Assembly (NCBI GenBank): GCA_951406725.2
Contig: OX597817.1
Coordinates: 66,278,001-66,342,000, forward strand
Direction: 5' to 3'
Source: Octopus vulgaris
Lineage: Eukaryota
DNA: 64,000 nucleotides
The translations under genes and the position numbers were made by a program. This document shows positions 13,960 through 28,763 of this stretch, in pieces (the first letter of the stretch is position 1; each line of letters begins with the position of its first letter). The notes below the pieces were generated by a model. That model did not search any database and was not told the origin of the DNA. It saw only the letters and a program-made list of their open reading frames with translations.

Positions 13960-14300
13960 CTTGAAAATGTGGACTGACTGAAGTCCTGAAGGTTGTACAT
14001 TTGGAGAGGAAGGGAAGTCAGGGCTAAGTGCTTAATGCACAGTGTGGGAAGTATAGTCAATACATAACAAAACTGCAGTACAAAGAGTAAAGTTTCTCTT
14101 TCAAGCAACCAAATACTTGAACCCTGATCATCTATTAACAAGCTACAAAGGTTATGTAAAGGCCCATACTATAGTACTGCTACCAGCACACTAATATCCA
14201 AGACCCCATTCAAAGAAGGTCATTCATCAACACACTACATTTACTAGTTTCTTCTCTCAGCCTTTTCTATAGTCACTAAAACTGCTTCTGGTTCTCTGAA
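13960..14300 (+). mobile_element. CR1/Jockey-group LINE fragment, heavily decayed
   Basis: Degenerate YK..V.P.LEYC and D.IQR.. motifs resembling 22620-23000. Confidence 0.45.
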
Positions 14301-14795
14301 CTAGTTGGTTTCTTTGCCTTGTAATCCCATTTTTCTCACTTCCTACACTATATATTAAACACAAATGCTTGTCCAGGATGTATGCAATCTTCTGGATTTT
14401 ACTTTTGGTCTACCTGCATTCATGCTGAACATTAACATTAATCTCACCATTCTCCTCTCTGAGCATCTAACATTTTTTAAAATATAAAATCTCGTTGGCA
14501 GCTGGGAGATTTTATTTATGCATAAACATGCACACATCTATATAAAGAGCGCATATTTTTATAACACCCTCAAGCATAGATTCAATATGTCAGGTTTTCT
14601 CTCCTGTACAACGAAGTCAGCCATACATAGATATACTTATAACCAAGTCCAAACAATAAATACACTAAAATAGCCATATATCATACACAGATTATGTTAC
14701 ACATCACATTTGAATTAAATGAGGAATAAATACAGCTGCTGCTCTAACACAGTACATTATACTAAATGTAAAATCACATCCTGAAACTGACTGAC

Positions 14796-14934
14796 CTGTG
14801 AACCAGAGTAATCAAATTCTCCTGCTTGCCCAATAGACAGTCCACCTGAGCCAAGTAACAGAACCTTCCGGCAAGGAGGTACTGGGTTACAAACATAGTT
14901 TAACTTCTGCCGGATGTTCTCACGTATAGAGAAC
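14796..14934 (-). CDS. CAD: CAD exon 9 (GATase-CPS linker and synthetase start)
   Basis: [47 protein letters not shown]; shows GATase fused to the synthetase; 139 nt. Confidence 0.95.
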
Positions 14935-16102
14935 CTGTGTGAAAAGAACAGATGAAAGTATTATGCAAAATTATTATAAACAGTTTTCTACAAAATTTGG
15001 TTGGGGAGAGATGATCAAAATAGAATCTGGTATGTGTGTGTGGACCAGCACAGAATTTGGTAGTTGAAGGTAGAGGATTTTTAGGTGGGGATCAACATAT
15101 AATTTGGTGTTTTCCCCTTTACAGTGTAAATAAATGGCACAAATTAATCTAAACAACCAAACTCAAGTAACAACAACACTAAGTACCAGCTCTTAAGGGA
15201 CCTGGGAAGCAACTTTATTTTATCAGGAAGTTGTAAAAGACTGAGTCAAAAGGTATTGAACTAATAACTGAAGAGTAAATATTTACCTCTACATCACTAT
15301 GATGTGTGCATAATTAATGCAAATATATTCTACCCCATGTCAACTCTGTTGTAGACAATGCAAAATAAGCATATATCTTCTGAGCTACAAAAGGGTATTT
15401 TATAAGAATCAACACCACATGAAATGAAACTATCTGGATAGGATACCAGCCTCTTTCAAGAAACCTTCTCAAATAATTTAGTACCAATTCCCAAGAGCTA
15501 GATGAAGTAAAATTTTCAATTAAAACCATTCAACTAAACAACCACAATGAATTTGAACATATCCAATTGGCTATATTTAATTTTCACCAACCATAAAAAG
15601 GACCAGAGGTGGGCAATCAGTTCATCACTGTAAACAGCAAGAACAAGTAATTCATAATCCCCAAGCTAAAGTCATATTTATATATTCTTAAAATTCTGCT
15701 GTGAGTAGTTGTGGTTGATTTCAAAGTAATCTTTTAATTCCAGTGATACTAAGCAAAATTTAACTCAGAATGAAATCAATGGAGTAAGCCAGGTATCCTT
15801 TTCTACTCTAGGAAGGGGCCAGTTGATTAGATCAACATCAGTATGCAACTAGTACTTTTCTAGTTCAAAGCTGCCATTTGCACCCAAACAATGCTGCAGG
15901 CTTAGTATTGTTAAAAACTAGTACAGAAACAAAATCAAGTATTATATTTATAAAATCAGTTTTCATCTTATCTAATTGCTCAAACCAGACATGAATGATT
16001 GAAGGTCACTTGCACACACATACAATCAATTGTTTGCAGGCACGCACTAACAAATACACATAAAGAGGAGACAATAAACAGTCAAAATTATTTTCCCCTT
16101 AC

Positions 16103-16204
16103 TTGATATGTCCAGCTTTCATTGCACGTACTTGATCCACAAATACATCAAACAGGAACTCCAAATCTTCAGGACCAGCAGTGTGTTCGGGATGAAACTG
16201 AACA
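16103..16204 (-). CDS. CAD: CAD exon 8 (GATase His/Glu)
   Basis: [34 protein letters not shown]; tgcag acceptor and gtaagg donor; 102 nt. Confidence 0.95.
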
Positions 16205-16847
16205 CTGCAATAAGAGCAAAATTAATAATAGAAAAAAAAAAAAAAATTTAACACAATGAAATAGTAAATCAAAATCCTCATTTCTAGGACACTAATATTC
16301 TATAGTGCTTTACACTGGTTTATCCATGTTAGTATGACTAGATCAAATTACTGTTGCTTTTAACAACTTAGGTGAGTTAAATTAATTACCAATTCAGATA
16401 CATTGATAGTTGTAAATAACCAAGCAGGCATTTTAGAGTTCATCTCGTCTACATTGTCACACATGTGCGTATGTGAGGGTGTTGAAAATAGTTTGTCAAT
16501 ACAGTTAGATAAATAGTGTTCAGCATGTTGTCATCATGTCCTACACATCAGGCCAATCAATTTCCTTTAAATTAAACTATCTGTGGAAAAAAAAAAAAAC
16601 ACATTGAAGTAATGTTTAAGGTACACTAGATCTGAAAATGCTAGGATAGACATGGCTGGAATGATTCTGGTTATGAGTTTCACTTGGGACTATACAGCAG
16701 CAACAAACCATGAGACTATGCTAGAAACAGCAGCTAAATCTCACACAAATCCGTTTAAAGAAAGAGGAAGGACATATTGGATGGCATAGACTGATACACA
16801 AAAGTATAAAATGGCTAAACTACACCAAGTCCAAAGCTGACTCTTAC

Positions 16848-17033
16848 CTGAAAAAAGGTTTAGTATGATGAATGACACCTTCATTTGTTTGATCATTTTC
16901 ATTAATGAACAATGGAGACCAGCCACCTGGCAATGTTTTAGCATCTACAGCAAAGCCATGGTTCTGAGTGGTGATGAAGCATCTACTGGTGTCCAAGTGA
17001 GTGCAAGGTTGATTGTGACCACGGTTACCATAC
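16848..17033 (-). CDS. CAD: CAD exon 7
   Basis: [10 protein letters not shown]...[11 protein letters not shown]...[12 protein letters not shown]; 186 nt, phase 2-2. Confidence 0.96.
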
Positions 17034-17500
17034 CTGCATAAAAAATAAAAATATATTAAAATAAAGCACATGAGCAAATTAGCTACTGATTTCAAGAACA
17101 GTTTGGAGAGCCACATCAAAACTTGAAATTATTGCAAAATAAAAGCAGATTTGATTTATTTTCTTTACAGATCATCAAATTATTGGTGTTAATCTCCTCA
17201 AGCAAGTTACATAATGAACAAACAGCACCATGTTTAGTAGAATTATCTTTAATGTCAAACCTAATCCTAGTAGAGCACAAATATTTGCTTGAATCTTAGC
17301 TTGCAGAAAACTGAGCTGCATGAAGGTTTTATGAATTTTAATTTGGAAGATTGTAAAAAGTATTCAACCTTCTTCTCCCCTTCATTCACCTTACATACTT
17401 AGCTTCAATTGCTTTCTCAGTAACGTACAGACTATGCAACAACGCCACTCTTTCTGTTATCCTTACCTTATCAAAGCCCAAAACATTACTATGAACTCAA

Positions 17501-17970
17501 TCATCATCATCGTTTAACGTCCACTTTCCATGCTGGCATGGGTTGGACAGTTTGGCTGAGGACTGGTGAGCCAGAGGCTGCACCAGGCTCAATCTGATCA
17601 GGTAAAGTTTCTACAGCTGGATGCCCTTGCGGTACTGGCAATGACCACGCTCGAATGTTGTTTTTCATGTGCCGGTAGGGTGATGCTAGCAACAACCATG
17701 CACAAATGGTGTTTTTCATGTGTCACTGGCACAGGAGCTGATCCTTGGCCTTGACAACAATCATGCTCGGATGTGCTTTTAACATTCCACAGGCACAAGT
17801 GTCAATCAGACAGTACTGTCATCAGTCACATCAGCGATTTTGATTTGCTTACACTTGCTTCAATAGGTCTTCGCAAGCAAAGTTCATTGCCCAATGAATG
17901 AAGGGTACTCATAAGAGGACCGGTTACACCCCACGTTCAGATGTGCTTTTAACATTCCACTGGCACAAAC
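17501..17970 (-). mobile_element. RTE-type 3' tail element
   Basis: Ends in ...ccaacccatgccagcatggaaagtggacgttaaacgatgatgatga, with internal short tandem subrepeats. Confidence 0.75.
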
Positions 17971-18060
17971 AGCTTTCTTTTCAACAGTACTTCAGATAAA
18001 CAAATAAATGAATAAGTGGTACAAAACATTTTGATATACATGAAAGTACTATCAACCTAC

Positions 18061-18232
18061 TTCATTTTATATGTTTTTGCTCCTATAGCAAGTGAGAGCA
18101 GTTGGTGTCCCAGACAGATTCCAAAGATAGGTTTACACTGTGGATCATCAATCACTCGCTTCAAGTTATTAATAGTGTCTGTGCAAAGCATTGGATCACC
18201 TGGGCCATTACTTATGAAGAGACCATCATACT
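18061..18232 (-). CDS. CAD: CAD exon 6 (GATase catalytic Cys)
   Basis: [14 protein letters not shown]...[12 protein letters not shown]...TYKMK; the nucleophile Cys is intact; 172 nt. Confidence 0.96.
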
Positions 18233-19229
18233 CTGAAAACATAAATATGCAAGAGATTAAATGACTAAATACATAAATTTATAATAACATATGCACACAC
18301 ATGCAACAGCTGCAAAGGATGTTGAGCTATCAGACATGAAATCAAGAGTTCAAATCTTATGTAAAATTGTAATTTGGGTAAGTTCATATATTATGGGGAA
18401 AAGGCTCAAGCAAGCATAGAAAAGTGAACTTTAAAACAATGATGAACTGAAGAAAAGAAAATCTCAAATGAAAAGCATTAAACTTGCAAAATTTACTTTA
18501 TGATTATCACTGATGCAGATAACTACTTTTGTGCCCTTTGCCTGTAGAATAAAATGAGTCTAGGATCACCTTGGAGTTCATATTTGTTACTTAGTGGTTT
18601 CATTAAATGAGTGAAAGAAAAATTCCCTTCTAAAACTGAAACACATCCAAAGTTGTCTACAGTACATCATCAAAAGCTAACTAGAAATATTTGTCCACAT
18701 AATCAAAATGTTTAAAATAACATTGTAGCCATAGAATAATTACTGTATTTTCATTGCTACGCTATTTTTAGTTATGCATTATCATGATCAAAACTTAGAT
18801 GTCCACTTTTCCATGCCCACATGAGTTAGACAAAACTTTTTGAAGTTGGTTTCTCACACCCCCACCCTCTAGTCAATCCTCCCTCGTTTCCAAGTAAGGC
18901 AACATCTTCCACTAGTCACATGTTTTCACGAAAGACTGAGAGTGAAGGAGACTGTTTGCATGACAGTAACTCTTGTTTACAGCTATCATGTAATGTCAGA
19001 GCAAGGAGATAGTAACACATACACACACATTTATATAACAGGCTTCTTTCAGTTTCCATTTATCAAAACAACACTCACAAGGATTTGATCAATCTAGGGC
19101 TAAAGTAGAAGACACTTGCCTAAGGTGCCATGCAACAGATCTGAACCCAAATGCATGTGCTTGGGGGAAATGCCTGCACTAATAAAAGGCAGTAAAAACA
19201 AATAAATAAATAAAAAGCAGTGGGAAAAA

Positions 19230-21501
19230 TTTTTAATGTTGGATGAGCAAAATAATCTCTTTCAAAATCAAGCTATAGTTGATGGAAGGCATCATCGAAT
19301 CAAGCAATTCACCATGGACAGCTCAAGAACATGTGGTTCAAAGCAATACAAAAAAAGACTAGTTATTGATTACTCAGCTACGATAAATAAGTTTACTTAT
19401 CTAGATGAATTTACCTTGCTGAATCTAGATGAGTTAGTAAACAAGATCTCTAGTTACATAGTGCTTCTCATTGTGTACTGCTCCACAAAGACGATAAAAT
19501 TTATACTACATTCAAGGAAAATGGATGTCTGTATCAGTTCACACGACTTCCTTATGGGTTAACAAATGGTGTTGCTTGTTTACAGCGAATTATTGACAAT
19601 TTCATAAATCAAAATTAAAAGAAAAAAAATCATGCATACTTAGACATTGCTAACTAACACTGTCTAAAGAGGCAGTTGACACCATCAAAGACCCGACCCA
19701 CAAATACAACCGCAATTTTAAATGCTGTAAAGATGTGAATTGACAATAATATGCCTTTTTCAATCGAAACAGATGCATCCAATGTGACTATCGCTGCTAC
19801 ATTGAACCAGGATGGCTGACCGGCTGCCTTTTTCTTGCATACGCTCAACTCTTCCGAAAAGCACCATTCAGCCATTGAAAAAGAAGCTTATGCTATTTTT
19901 GAAGCAATAAAGAAATGGTACCACTTCCTCATGGGTTGCAGATTTACCTTGGTAATACCAAGAATCTGCGGGTTACATTTTTCAACACCCATCATCGAGA
20001 TAAGACAAAGAACAAGAAGACTGAACGGTGGAAGTTAGAGCTTATGCCTTAACAGTACAACGTACAGCATTGAGCAGCTTCATTAAATACTGCTGCTGAC
20101 ACTCAAGAAAAATTTGCTGTTAATTTTCACACAGACCTTGTTAAATTACATAAAAGGTTGTGTCACTCTGCAACTGCAATATGGTGCATTTTGTCCAAGT
20201 TTGTAATCTACCATATTCTGTAGACGATGTAAAAAATGTTATTTCCCAGTGTTCTACTTGCCAGAAATATAAACCACAATTCTACAGGCCTGAAAATCAC
20301 GAGTTGATTCTTGCTATGCATCCATTTGAGAGACTTGGCAAAGATTTTAATGGCCCTCTGCCATTGCCTTCCTTAATATACATTTATTAATAGGTGTGGA
20401 TGAATATTTGCGATTTCCGTTCGGTTTTGCCTGTAAGGATACTTCTTCCTCTACTGTTATTTCCTGTCTTACATCTCTGTTTTCAATCTTCGGCCTTCTG
20501 GGATATATACATTCAGATAGAGGCTCATCGTTCATGTCGTCAGAACTAAAGTCATTTTTACACTCCAAAGGTGTCCCTATGAGTAGATCTACTCCATATC
20601 ACCCAACAAGAAATGCTCAAAGCGAGTATTTGTTGGTTTAGTGTGAAAAACCGTTACATTGGATTTAAAATCTAGAAACATACCTGTTCGAGTGTGGGAA
20701 GTTGTCCTACCTGAAGTGATACACTCACTTAGATCACTGTTATGCATCGCAACAAATTGTACTCCACATGAACGACTATTCTCACATCCACGAAAATCCA
20801 TTAGTGGTACAAGCACACCTACGCGACTTACTAAACTTGGTAAAGTACTATTCAGAAAGTATATTTGTAATAAGGATGAACCTCTGGTTCAAGAAGTAGA
20901 ACTACTGGAATCCAAACCATATTATGTTCATATCAAATATCCAAGAGGATACAGTAGCCATTAAGGATCTGGCACCCTCAGGAATAGATATGAGCTCTGT
21001 TGAAACACCCACAGAAACTTTTAACTTAGAGAGAACTCTTATACTTATAAATGGTCCCATCATATTAGAAAATGAAGAAAATCTTGATGCCACCCTGTTA
21101 GAAAAACCTTCACCTGCTGCCAAACCCCTTCGGCGTTCACACCATGTAAGACCTCCAGACCGTTATGGACAGTCTTAAATTTTGAACTGTTTGTAAATTT
21201 TTTTTAGGCGGGGTGAGTGTTGTGATTTTGCTGGATTTGAACCTATTAAGTGGAATGTTGTATCACTCTACATAGCAGGTGAATATGTTAATTTATTTGA
21301 CATTTATCAAGTGGACTATTCCTTTGCCAAGTGTATTGGCTTGTGTCAGATGTTTACTCGTTTTAAAGAGTATTAACATTTTTTCTTCTAGTATACTTGT
21401 AAGTAAAAGCCAAAGTTCATGGTCAGAACTGATGGTCTACTACTATATTGGTACAAACTTACGTTCACAGTTACTTGCATATATATTTACTGTTCACTAC
21501 A
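19230..21501 (+). mobile_element. Decayed Ty3/Gypsy retrotransposon (RT-RNaseH-IN plus 3' LTR) in CAD intron 5
   Basis: SSNSPW, KRLVIDYS.TINK, PYGLTNG, ETDAS, IEKEAYAI, VDEY.RFPF, IHSDRG and STPYHP motifs. PPT aggcggggtgag precedes an LTR TGTTGTGA(21218)...TCACTACA(21501). Confidence 0.9.
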
Positions 21502-22619
21502 ATACTTTGGTTCACTAGAGCACTAATTACCACACTATGTAATTTGCCTTAACGAACTTCATATAGCCCTCTTCATTGCAACAAAAAAAAAAAAATCAAG
21601 TTTCCCTCAAATCACACTACTATCTTAAAAAAAGGAAATGCACACTGAACAATATAATCTGACATACAAAAAGACAGTAAAGGCAATGCTACCGATATCA
21701 TCTCACTAAGGCTGACCTGGAGCCAAACAACAAAAGCAAGCACAAGAATACATATATATAAATGAAAAGCTAGTACAAAGCCATACAAATACAAGCTAAC
21801 AAACCCACATTATCTCCAAAGAAATTCTGTGTTGAATTGTATACCTGTAAACAGAGCTAATATTTACCCACAAAATCTCCATTCATACCAAGGCATGTTC
21901 TAATTGCTACATATTGTGCTGTACTTTAGTAAACATTGCATGACCACAAACAGTTGATTGTAGGATATTCCTAGTGTACTGAACTCCTTGGCCATTTTTA
22001 ATTATCTGATCAACAATCTCAATGCCACATACATACAAAAGGAGAGTGATTGGAGTTACAACAAATTTCCTTTATTAAAAATCTTCAGTCACAGGCCTCA
22101 TACTGTACTGTCTCAAACCTCTCTTTGCAATATGTAACTTACACTTGAAAACCAGACAACCTCTATATAGTAGTTCAGCCTGTTAGAAATAGGAGCTAAA
22201 TCTTCTAACTGCATCTACTGTCTTAAATGATACTGGATTAATGTACAACAGGATACATTTCCAGAAAGATATAAGTTCAAATGGTCATGGCTGGAATGCC
22301 TCAAATCATAGGTCTAATTGATAACAGCTGAGTTGGAGTAACAAAATAACCTGTCCACCAGCCATTTCTTACTAATTGCACACTTTCTTTCAACAAACTA
22401 TATTTCACACAATCCATTATTTCTATATAAACACACACATATAAAGTTATATAGTATTGTTAAGAAGGCTATAGTGAAATGACACCTAATTGCATAATGT
22501 TGAAGTTTGCACTACTGTGATGTAAAGTATAAAAATTAAAAAGAAAGAAATCAGATGTGTTCCAAGTTTACAATATGGTGCTTTGTTTTCATTGTAACCC
22601 ATCTCATCATCTTGAACAG

Positions 22620-23000
22620 CAAAGATACAATCACTGCCCATTTCAAGGAAACATTGCAACCATCTCCACTCATCAACATTAACAGTATATAATTAAAACC
22701 CTTACAATCATTTCAAAGGCTAAGCCTCACCATCACTGAAGATCTTGCCTAGCAAATACACATTCTTAAAATGGCAAAGAGTGTCTTCTTGCAGGCCAGA
22801 AAATACTTCAGCTTCCAAAATCTTTACAAAACTCAAGTGAAACCCACAATGGAGTACTGTATCCACAACTGGGACAATGTTGCTACAAACACACATACCC
22901 TAGACTGTATCCAAAGAAAGACAGCACCTTAACTAAATGGTATGAAGTTGTTCATCAATACACTTCAACTTCTAACCTGCAGATGCAGTCACTTCTGTCA
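22620..23000 (+). mobile_element. CR1/Jockey-group LINE 3' ORF2 fragment
   Basis: LYKTQVKPTMEYCIHNWD...LDCIQRK. Confidence 0.7.
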
Positions 23001-23399
23001 TATGAAGTTATTAAGTAGGCTGTAATGACAATACAACTAATTGTACAATGACACAGCCTACACCGGTATATTAGGTTATGAAGAGTTTTTTTTAAGTATC
23101 AGGCATAAACAGGTCTTCATTTGTTGCTTTCTATCCTCTTAATGAACATGTATGAATATTCTGTGCAATTCTGTTAATGAGTGTGACCTGCAGTAAAATT
23201 GCAATCTAGTTGTTCCTATTTCAGTTCACATCACAAATCAATATGTGAGTAAAATATAAATAGCACAAAACTTGTTTTTCTCTAATACATATGCAAGACA
23301 CATGCATACACAAGGGGGATAATCATACAAACATATATACAGTTATAAAGGAAGCTTTGACTTATATAGATAGAACATTACAGCAATATTACTATATAA

Positions 23400-23628
23400 A
23401 AGGACAGCGAGCTGGCGTAATAATAACCACACTGAGCAAAATGCTTAGTGGTATTTCGTTTGCCGTTACGTTCTGAGTTCAAATTCCGCCAAGGTCAACT
23501 TTGCCTTCCATCCTTTTGGGGTTGATTAAATAAGTACTAGTTACGCACTGGAGTCAATGTAATCGACTTAATCCCTTTGTCCTTGTTTGTGCCCTCTGTT
23601 TAGCCCCCTGTGAGCAATAAAGAAATAA
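23400..23628 (+). mobile_element. SINE family B
   Basis: B box gagttcaaattcc followed by ggtcaactttgccttccatcc...gattaaataagtac (recalled as Deu/Nin-domain-like). Other copies at 24785-25110, 25300-25515, 30295-30450 (minus) and 62237-62360. Confidence 0.8.
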
Positions 23629-24784
23629 ATATTACTGTATAAAAACAGATGATGGATCTCATGATTTCAACCAGTATTTCAGTTTTTCAATCAACTTAGA
23701 TACAAACTCAATTTATAGTGTAAGTAGCTCAGTATTCCAGACACAGAACAACAAGGATAGACCTTTGGATTACAAGTACATTCCATTCAATGGGCTTTTG
23801 GTTTCCATCACTTTTAAATTATGTATCTTTCATTACATAATTATATAATGAGGTTTATTGCAAAAGAAACAGCCGTTGAACACAACAGAAATATGAACTA
23901 TATGTGAAATGTATACTTTTCTTCACTAAGTGCTGGTATGGCTGCATGATTGAGAAGTTTACTTCCCAACAACATGGTCCAAGGTTCAATCCCACTGTGT
24001 GGGACGTTGGTCAAGTGTTTTCAGTTATAACCCCATATCAATCAAAGTCATGAGTGGATTCAGCACGTGTGTGTGTGTGTGCAGGTATATATATATATAT
24101 ATATATATATACATACATACACACACACATACGTGTATGTATCTGACAGTGTGCATGCATGGGTGAGTATGTGTTAGATCCTTCTTGTCCTGACACTACA
24201 ATAGTTGTAAATGAGCATCCTTTATTTTTTTTTCATATTCCATGGAAATGTGAAGTTTGTTGAAAGGGCATTCAGCTGTAGAAAATCAGCTACAACAAAT
24301 TCTGTTTGGCCCATGTAAAAAATGGATGTGAAAACAACGATAGAAAGTTGTGTGTGTGTGTACACATGCCTGCACAAACACACACACATTAATTCACACA
24401 GTGAACAATGGGAAGTGCACCTGCTCTAAAATCACCAATCCTACTCAACTGCTACAGAAAATAATTTAAAAACAAGATGAAATAGCAATATCAATACTAC
24501 TTCAGCAATGTGTGCATATGTGTCTTAAAATTGTTAAGTAAATAAATATTCTAAATGACCTCATTTGTTAATCTATGAACGAGCTAGATATTCAACTAAA
24601 CATACAAGCACACACACATAATATAAAACGGTTAAAAAACCAACAAATACAACCCATTAATAAATTCATGAACCACCCACACATACAAGATATGACACTA
24701 AAAAACAAAGGGATTCAGAAACTAGTTTTCATGTTATTTCCTTCACTCAAACGTAATTATTCAGCATCAATTATTATGTAGTAA

Positions 24785-25110
24785 AGGTGGTGAGCTGGCA
24801 GAATTGTTAGCATGCCGGGCAAAATGCTTAGTGGCATTTTAGCCATCTTTTTGGCTTTAGGAAGGGCATCCAGCTGTAGAAACTCTGCCAAATCAAGATT
24901 GGAGCCTGGTGCAGCCATCTGGTTCGCCAGCCTTCAGTCAAAATCGTCCAACCCATGCTAGCAATGAAAGCGGGCGTTAAACGATGATGATGATTTACAT
25001 TCTGAGTTCAGATCCCACCATGACTCACTTTGCTTTTTATCTTTTTAGTGGTCAATAAAATCAACTAGCCAAAATTGCAGGCTTTGTACTGATAGGAAGG
25101 ATTATAATTA
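24785..25110 (+). mobile_element. SINE family B with nested RTE tail (24853-24993)
   Basis: The SINE head is interrupted by aggaagggcatccagc...gttaaacgatgatgatga and then resumes. Confidence 0.75.
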
Positions 25111-26750
25111 TTATGCAGCAAATGCAGTGGATTGGCATAATCACAAGAGTTCTGCAGAATTTGGGTATGGATCTTTATGCTCTGATTTCAAGTCTGCATG
25201 GGTCACCTTAGCCTTTTATCATCCTATAGATGACAAAAATCAACATTAAAATGGCCCTGAATTTGAGGCCTTGTGCACATGTAAGAAATTATTATTATTG
25301 AGGCAGTAAGCTGGCAGAATTGATGATACACCAGACAAAATACTTAGTGGCATTTCATCCATCTTTACCTTCTAAATTTAAATTCTACCAATGTTGACTT
25401 TGCCTTTCATGCTTTTAGGGTTGATAAAATGAGGATCAGCTGAACACTAGGGATCATGTAAATGACTTATCCTTTCCTCCAAAATTGCTGACCTTGTTCC
25501 AAAATTTGAAATCATCATCATTATTGTAATAATGAGATAGGAGAAGCAAAAATGCCTTTCAAGTGTATTCATTATTTCACATTATTCAATGTAGCCTTCC
25601 TTCCAAGAATAAGTTATGATTTGAGGGAAATTTTGCCACTATGTCTAACGGTTTGCTCTTTTTTTTATACTTTAAAAAGTGCTATAGGTGAAAACTGCCT
25701 ACTTCTAAAATGTTCCCTCTAAAAAATTCTATTGGACAATGATCTGAGTTCAAAACCTGCCTGGTAGCATCCATACTTTTGTTTAAATATCTTCCCAGGA
25801 TCAACAATTAAAAGTAGCAATCAAACAATAGAGTCAATATAGTTGAATATAAACTTGTTGTTAGAAATTATTAGAAGTTTCATCATATTTACGAAATTAA
25901 TATCATTAGTTTTATGACTATCAAAGGATTAAAATGATAAAAGGAGGCAAACAATAAACTGAATATCTGGTACAGGTGAAAGAGTGGCCTTCTTGAACGA
26001 GGTACAGAAGAGATAAGTGTTAAGCAAAAAGATTGAGAGAGTAAAAAGGCTAGCAAAAATTTTACAAGGAAACATTTTCTTGTGTCCCTTCTTCTGAAAC
26101 TGAGATGTGCTTTGAGGGAAATTTGACTGCTATTTCTAATACGTTGCTCTTTTTTATACTTTAAAGGCATAACAGAAAGACTGAACTCTTGTTGAACTTG
26201 CCTACTTCAGGAATGGTCTTCCTTCACTTTGTCCAAAGCCATAATTACATTGACATATAGTTATGTTGTATAGTATTTTACAAAGTACTGCTTTGATAGT
26301 TTTCTGTTTCCCCTGTTTTCATGATCCTGAGACATTATTTCAGAATGTATAACCTCAAGTCAGCTCTGATCTATCCCAGTTGTAGCCAACCCATCTTTTA
26401 TTCAGACACTGCACAATTTGGATAAAATTATTTAACGATTTTTTTTTGGGGGGGGGTGTCAAAAGACACAAGTTAGGGAGTTTTAGCTGTTCTTTCTAGC
26501 AAACTGAGTAACCATGTTGGTGTATTGTGTTTAAGGTTATCAAAGATGAATATAATGTTGACTATTTTAGTTATATTTTAGTCATTTGGTTGTTTACTGC
26601 TATATTTTGTCATGGCCTTGCTAGCTATTGTCAAACCGTCCAACCCATGCCAGCATGGGAAACAGACATGATGATGATGTATGTACTGCAGTGTGTTTCT
26701 GTTTAATCTTATAATCAAAGACAGTCCAACCATAACAATCATGTCTTCTT

Positions 26751-26965
26751 TTAACTCTTAAGCATTCAGATTACTCTATCATATAGTACTTATTTATTCA
26801 CATTGTTTTGAATTCATCATGCATTACATTGTAGCTTCAAGATTTCAATGGTATGATGGTTTATTTTTAGAATGATATCTATAGGGTAGTTATGAGAGCA
26901 GATCTGACCTGCCTGATTATAGAACAGGTAGAATATTTGGGCCAGATAACGCTGGTTTAAATATC
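26751..26965 (+). mobile_element. TTAA-flanked (piggyBac-like) MITE, right end decayed
   Basis: Starts ttaactcttaagcattcagattactc; recognised from memory as an octopus MITE. Confidence 0.4.
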
Positions 26966-28621
26966 ATTATTATCCAAGGTAGTAGTGCAGCATGGTGAAG
27001 TGGCTGAGAAGCTTGTTTCATATCTACAAAGCCTTAAGTTCAATCCACTGTATGGCATCTTGGGCAAATGTCATTTTCTATAACCTCAGATTGACCCATA
27101 GCTTGCAAGTGAAACTGGGTTGGATAGAATTCTATAGAAGCTTTGTCAGACAAGATTGTACTTATTCACACACACACCGACTCTGCATGAGAATTATGCT
27201 AAAACCACATGTGTCTGCATATTAATTTAAGAGCAGGATATTCAACATTATCTAAGGTGCCTTTCCTTTTTCAAAATGTTAGTGTGCAATTTGAAGGAGA
27301 TTTAGTTTCCTAAAATCGTCATACTAATTAATATATATGGTACAATTAACCCACAATTTTTTTTTTTTTTGCTCAATGATATGCAAATAATGAAGTTGAG
27401 GAGGTGGCCAGAAGAGAATTGGCAGATTGTTGACCACACTGTTGGAGCAACTAACTTAGGCATGTAGAGCAGAAAGTGATGCCTGAGAAGGAATTAACTA
27501 GGTAACTGTGAAAGTGTTGGTATAAGTAATTTAGAATTTAAACCTTGATTAGCATTATTGCATGATATTCTAATGTTACCTGTACTGTTTAGTTATTGCT
27601 TAATCCTATATCAGTACTGATTGGATAGACTATATGATCAAAGGTGCCAGCCATAACAATACAAAGTTTCGATATGATGAGGTACATTGTCCTGTGTATC
27701 CTTCCTTTTTTTTTAATATAGTACATGAATTTCAGGGAATTTGGCTGCTATTCCAAAACAGGTCAAGCAATTGTGTAGGGGCTGGGTTCCATCTAACTGG
27801 TAAAACCTCACTCACTGACATGCTACAACTATTGGCATAAAGTCACACTGGTTCCTTCTCAGTGCATCTTTTACCATTTTAACAACTGCTTATCTAAACA
27901 CCAGCTCATTCAAATTATATAGCTCTCCTCCTTTTGTCAGTCATTATGTTTCATGCAACACTCAAATACTTTGCACAAACATTCCTCTTCCTCACCACAT
28001 ATTCCTGTTAGGCATCAACTTACAGAAGTTCAAAGGGACTATGAACAATATCCATCTCATCATCCTAGAAGGACCTCTAAAAATAATAGTGCTGCCCTTC
28101 TCCTTTGCCTAAATATATTTTTGAAAAGATTCCCTGCACAATACTCAGGTTTCATACCCATATTCTGAGATCTCAACCTACCTGTACACATCATTTTAAC
28201 ATCCACTTTTCCATGCTTGCCTGGATCGAATGAGATTTATTCAGGAAGATTTTTTATAAGCAAATGGTCTTCCTGTTGTCAGCCCTCACCTGTTTCCAAG
28301 TAAAGTAATTTTTATCCATTTGCTGGACATGCTTTCATTGAAGCTTGGGAAAAGGACACAACTTGTGTGACAGTAACACTTGCTTACAGCAATTACACAA
28401 TGTCTAGACAAGGAGAGACCAACACACATACATACAATAGGCTTCTTCCCGTTTCCATCTGCCAAATCCAATTACAAGGCTTTGATCAGCTCAGGGTTTT
28501 AGTAGAAGACACCTGCCTAAGGTGCCATGCAGTGGGATTGAATCTAGAACCACAGAGCCATGTCTGCACTTGATGAAATAAATCAGTAATCAATCCACAC
28601 AGCTAGTTTGGAGTTACTTAC

Positions 28622-28763
28622 CATCTGGTTTCACAGGGTAGTTCCATGGTACAACCTTCACAGACACACCCCTCTGAGTCAAACAACGAATTTGGTTGTA
28701 TTTCATACCACAATCAATAGCAACAATTTTCAAGTTCCCTTCCTGGTTGTAAACCACAGGTTC
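28622..28763 (-). CDS. CAD: CAD exon 5
   Basis: [47 protein letters not shown]; gtaagt donor; 142 nt. Confidence 0.95.
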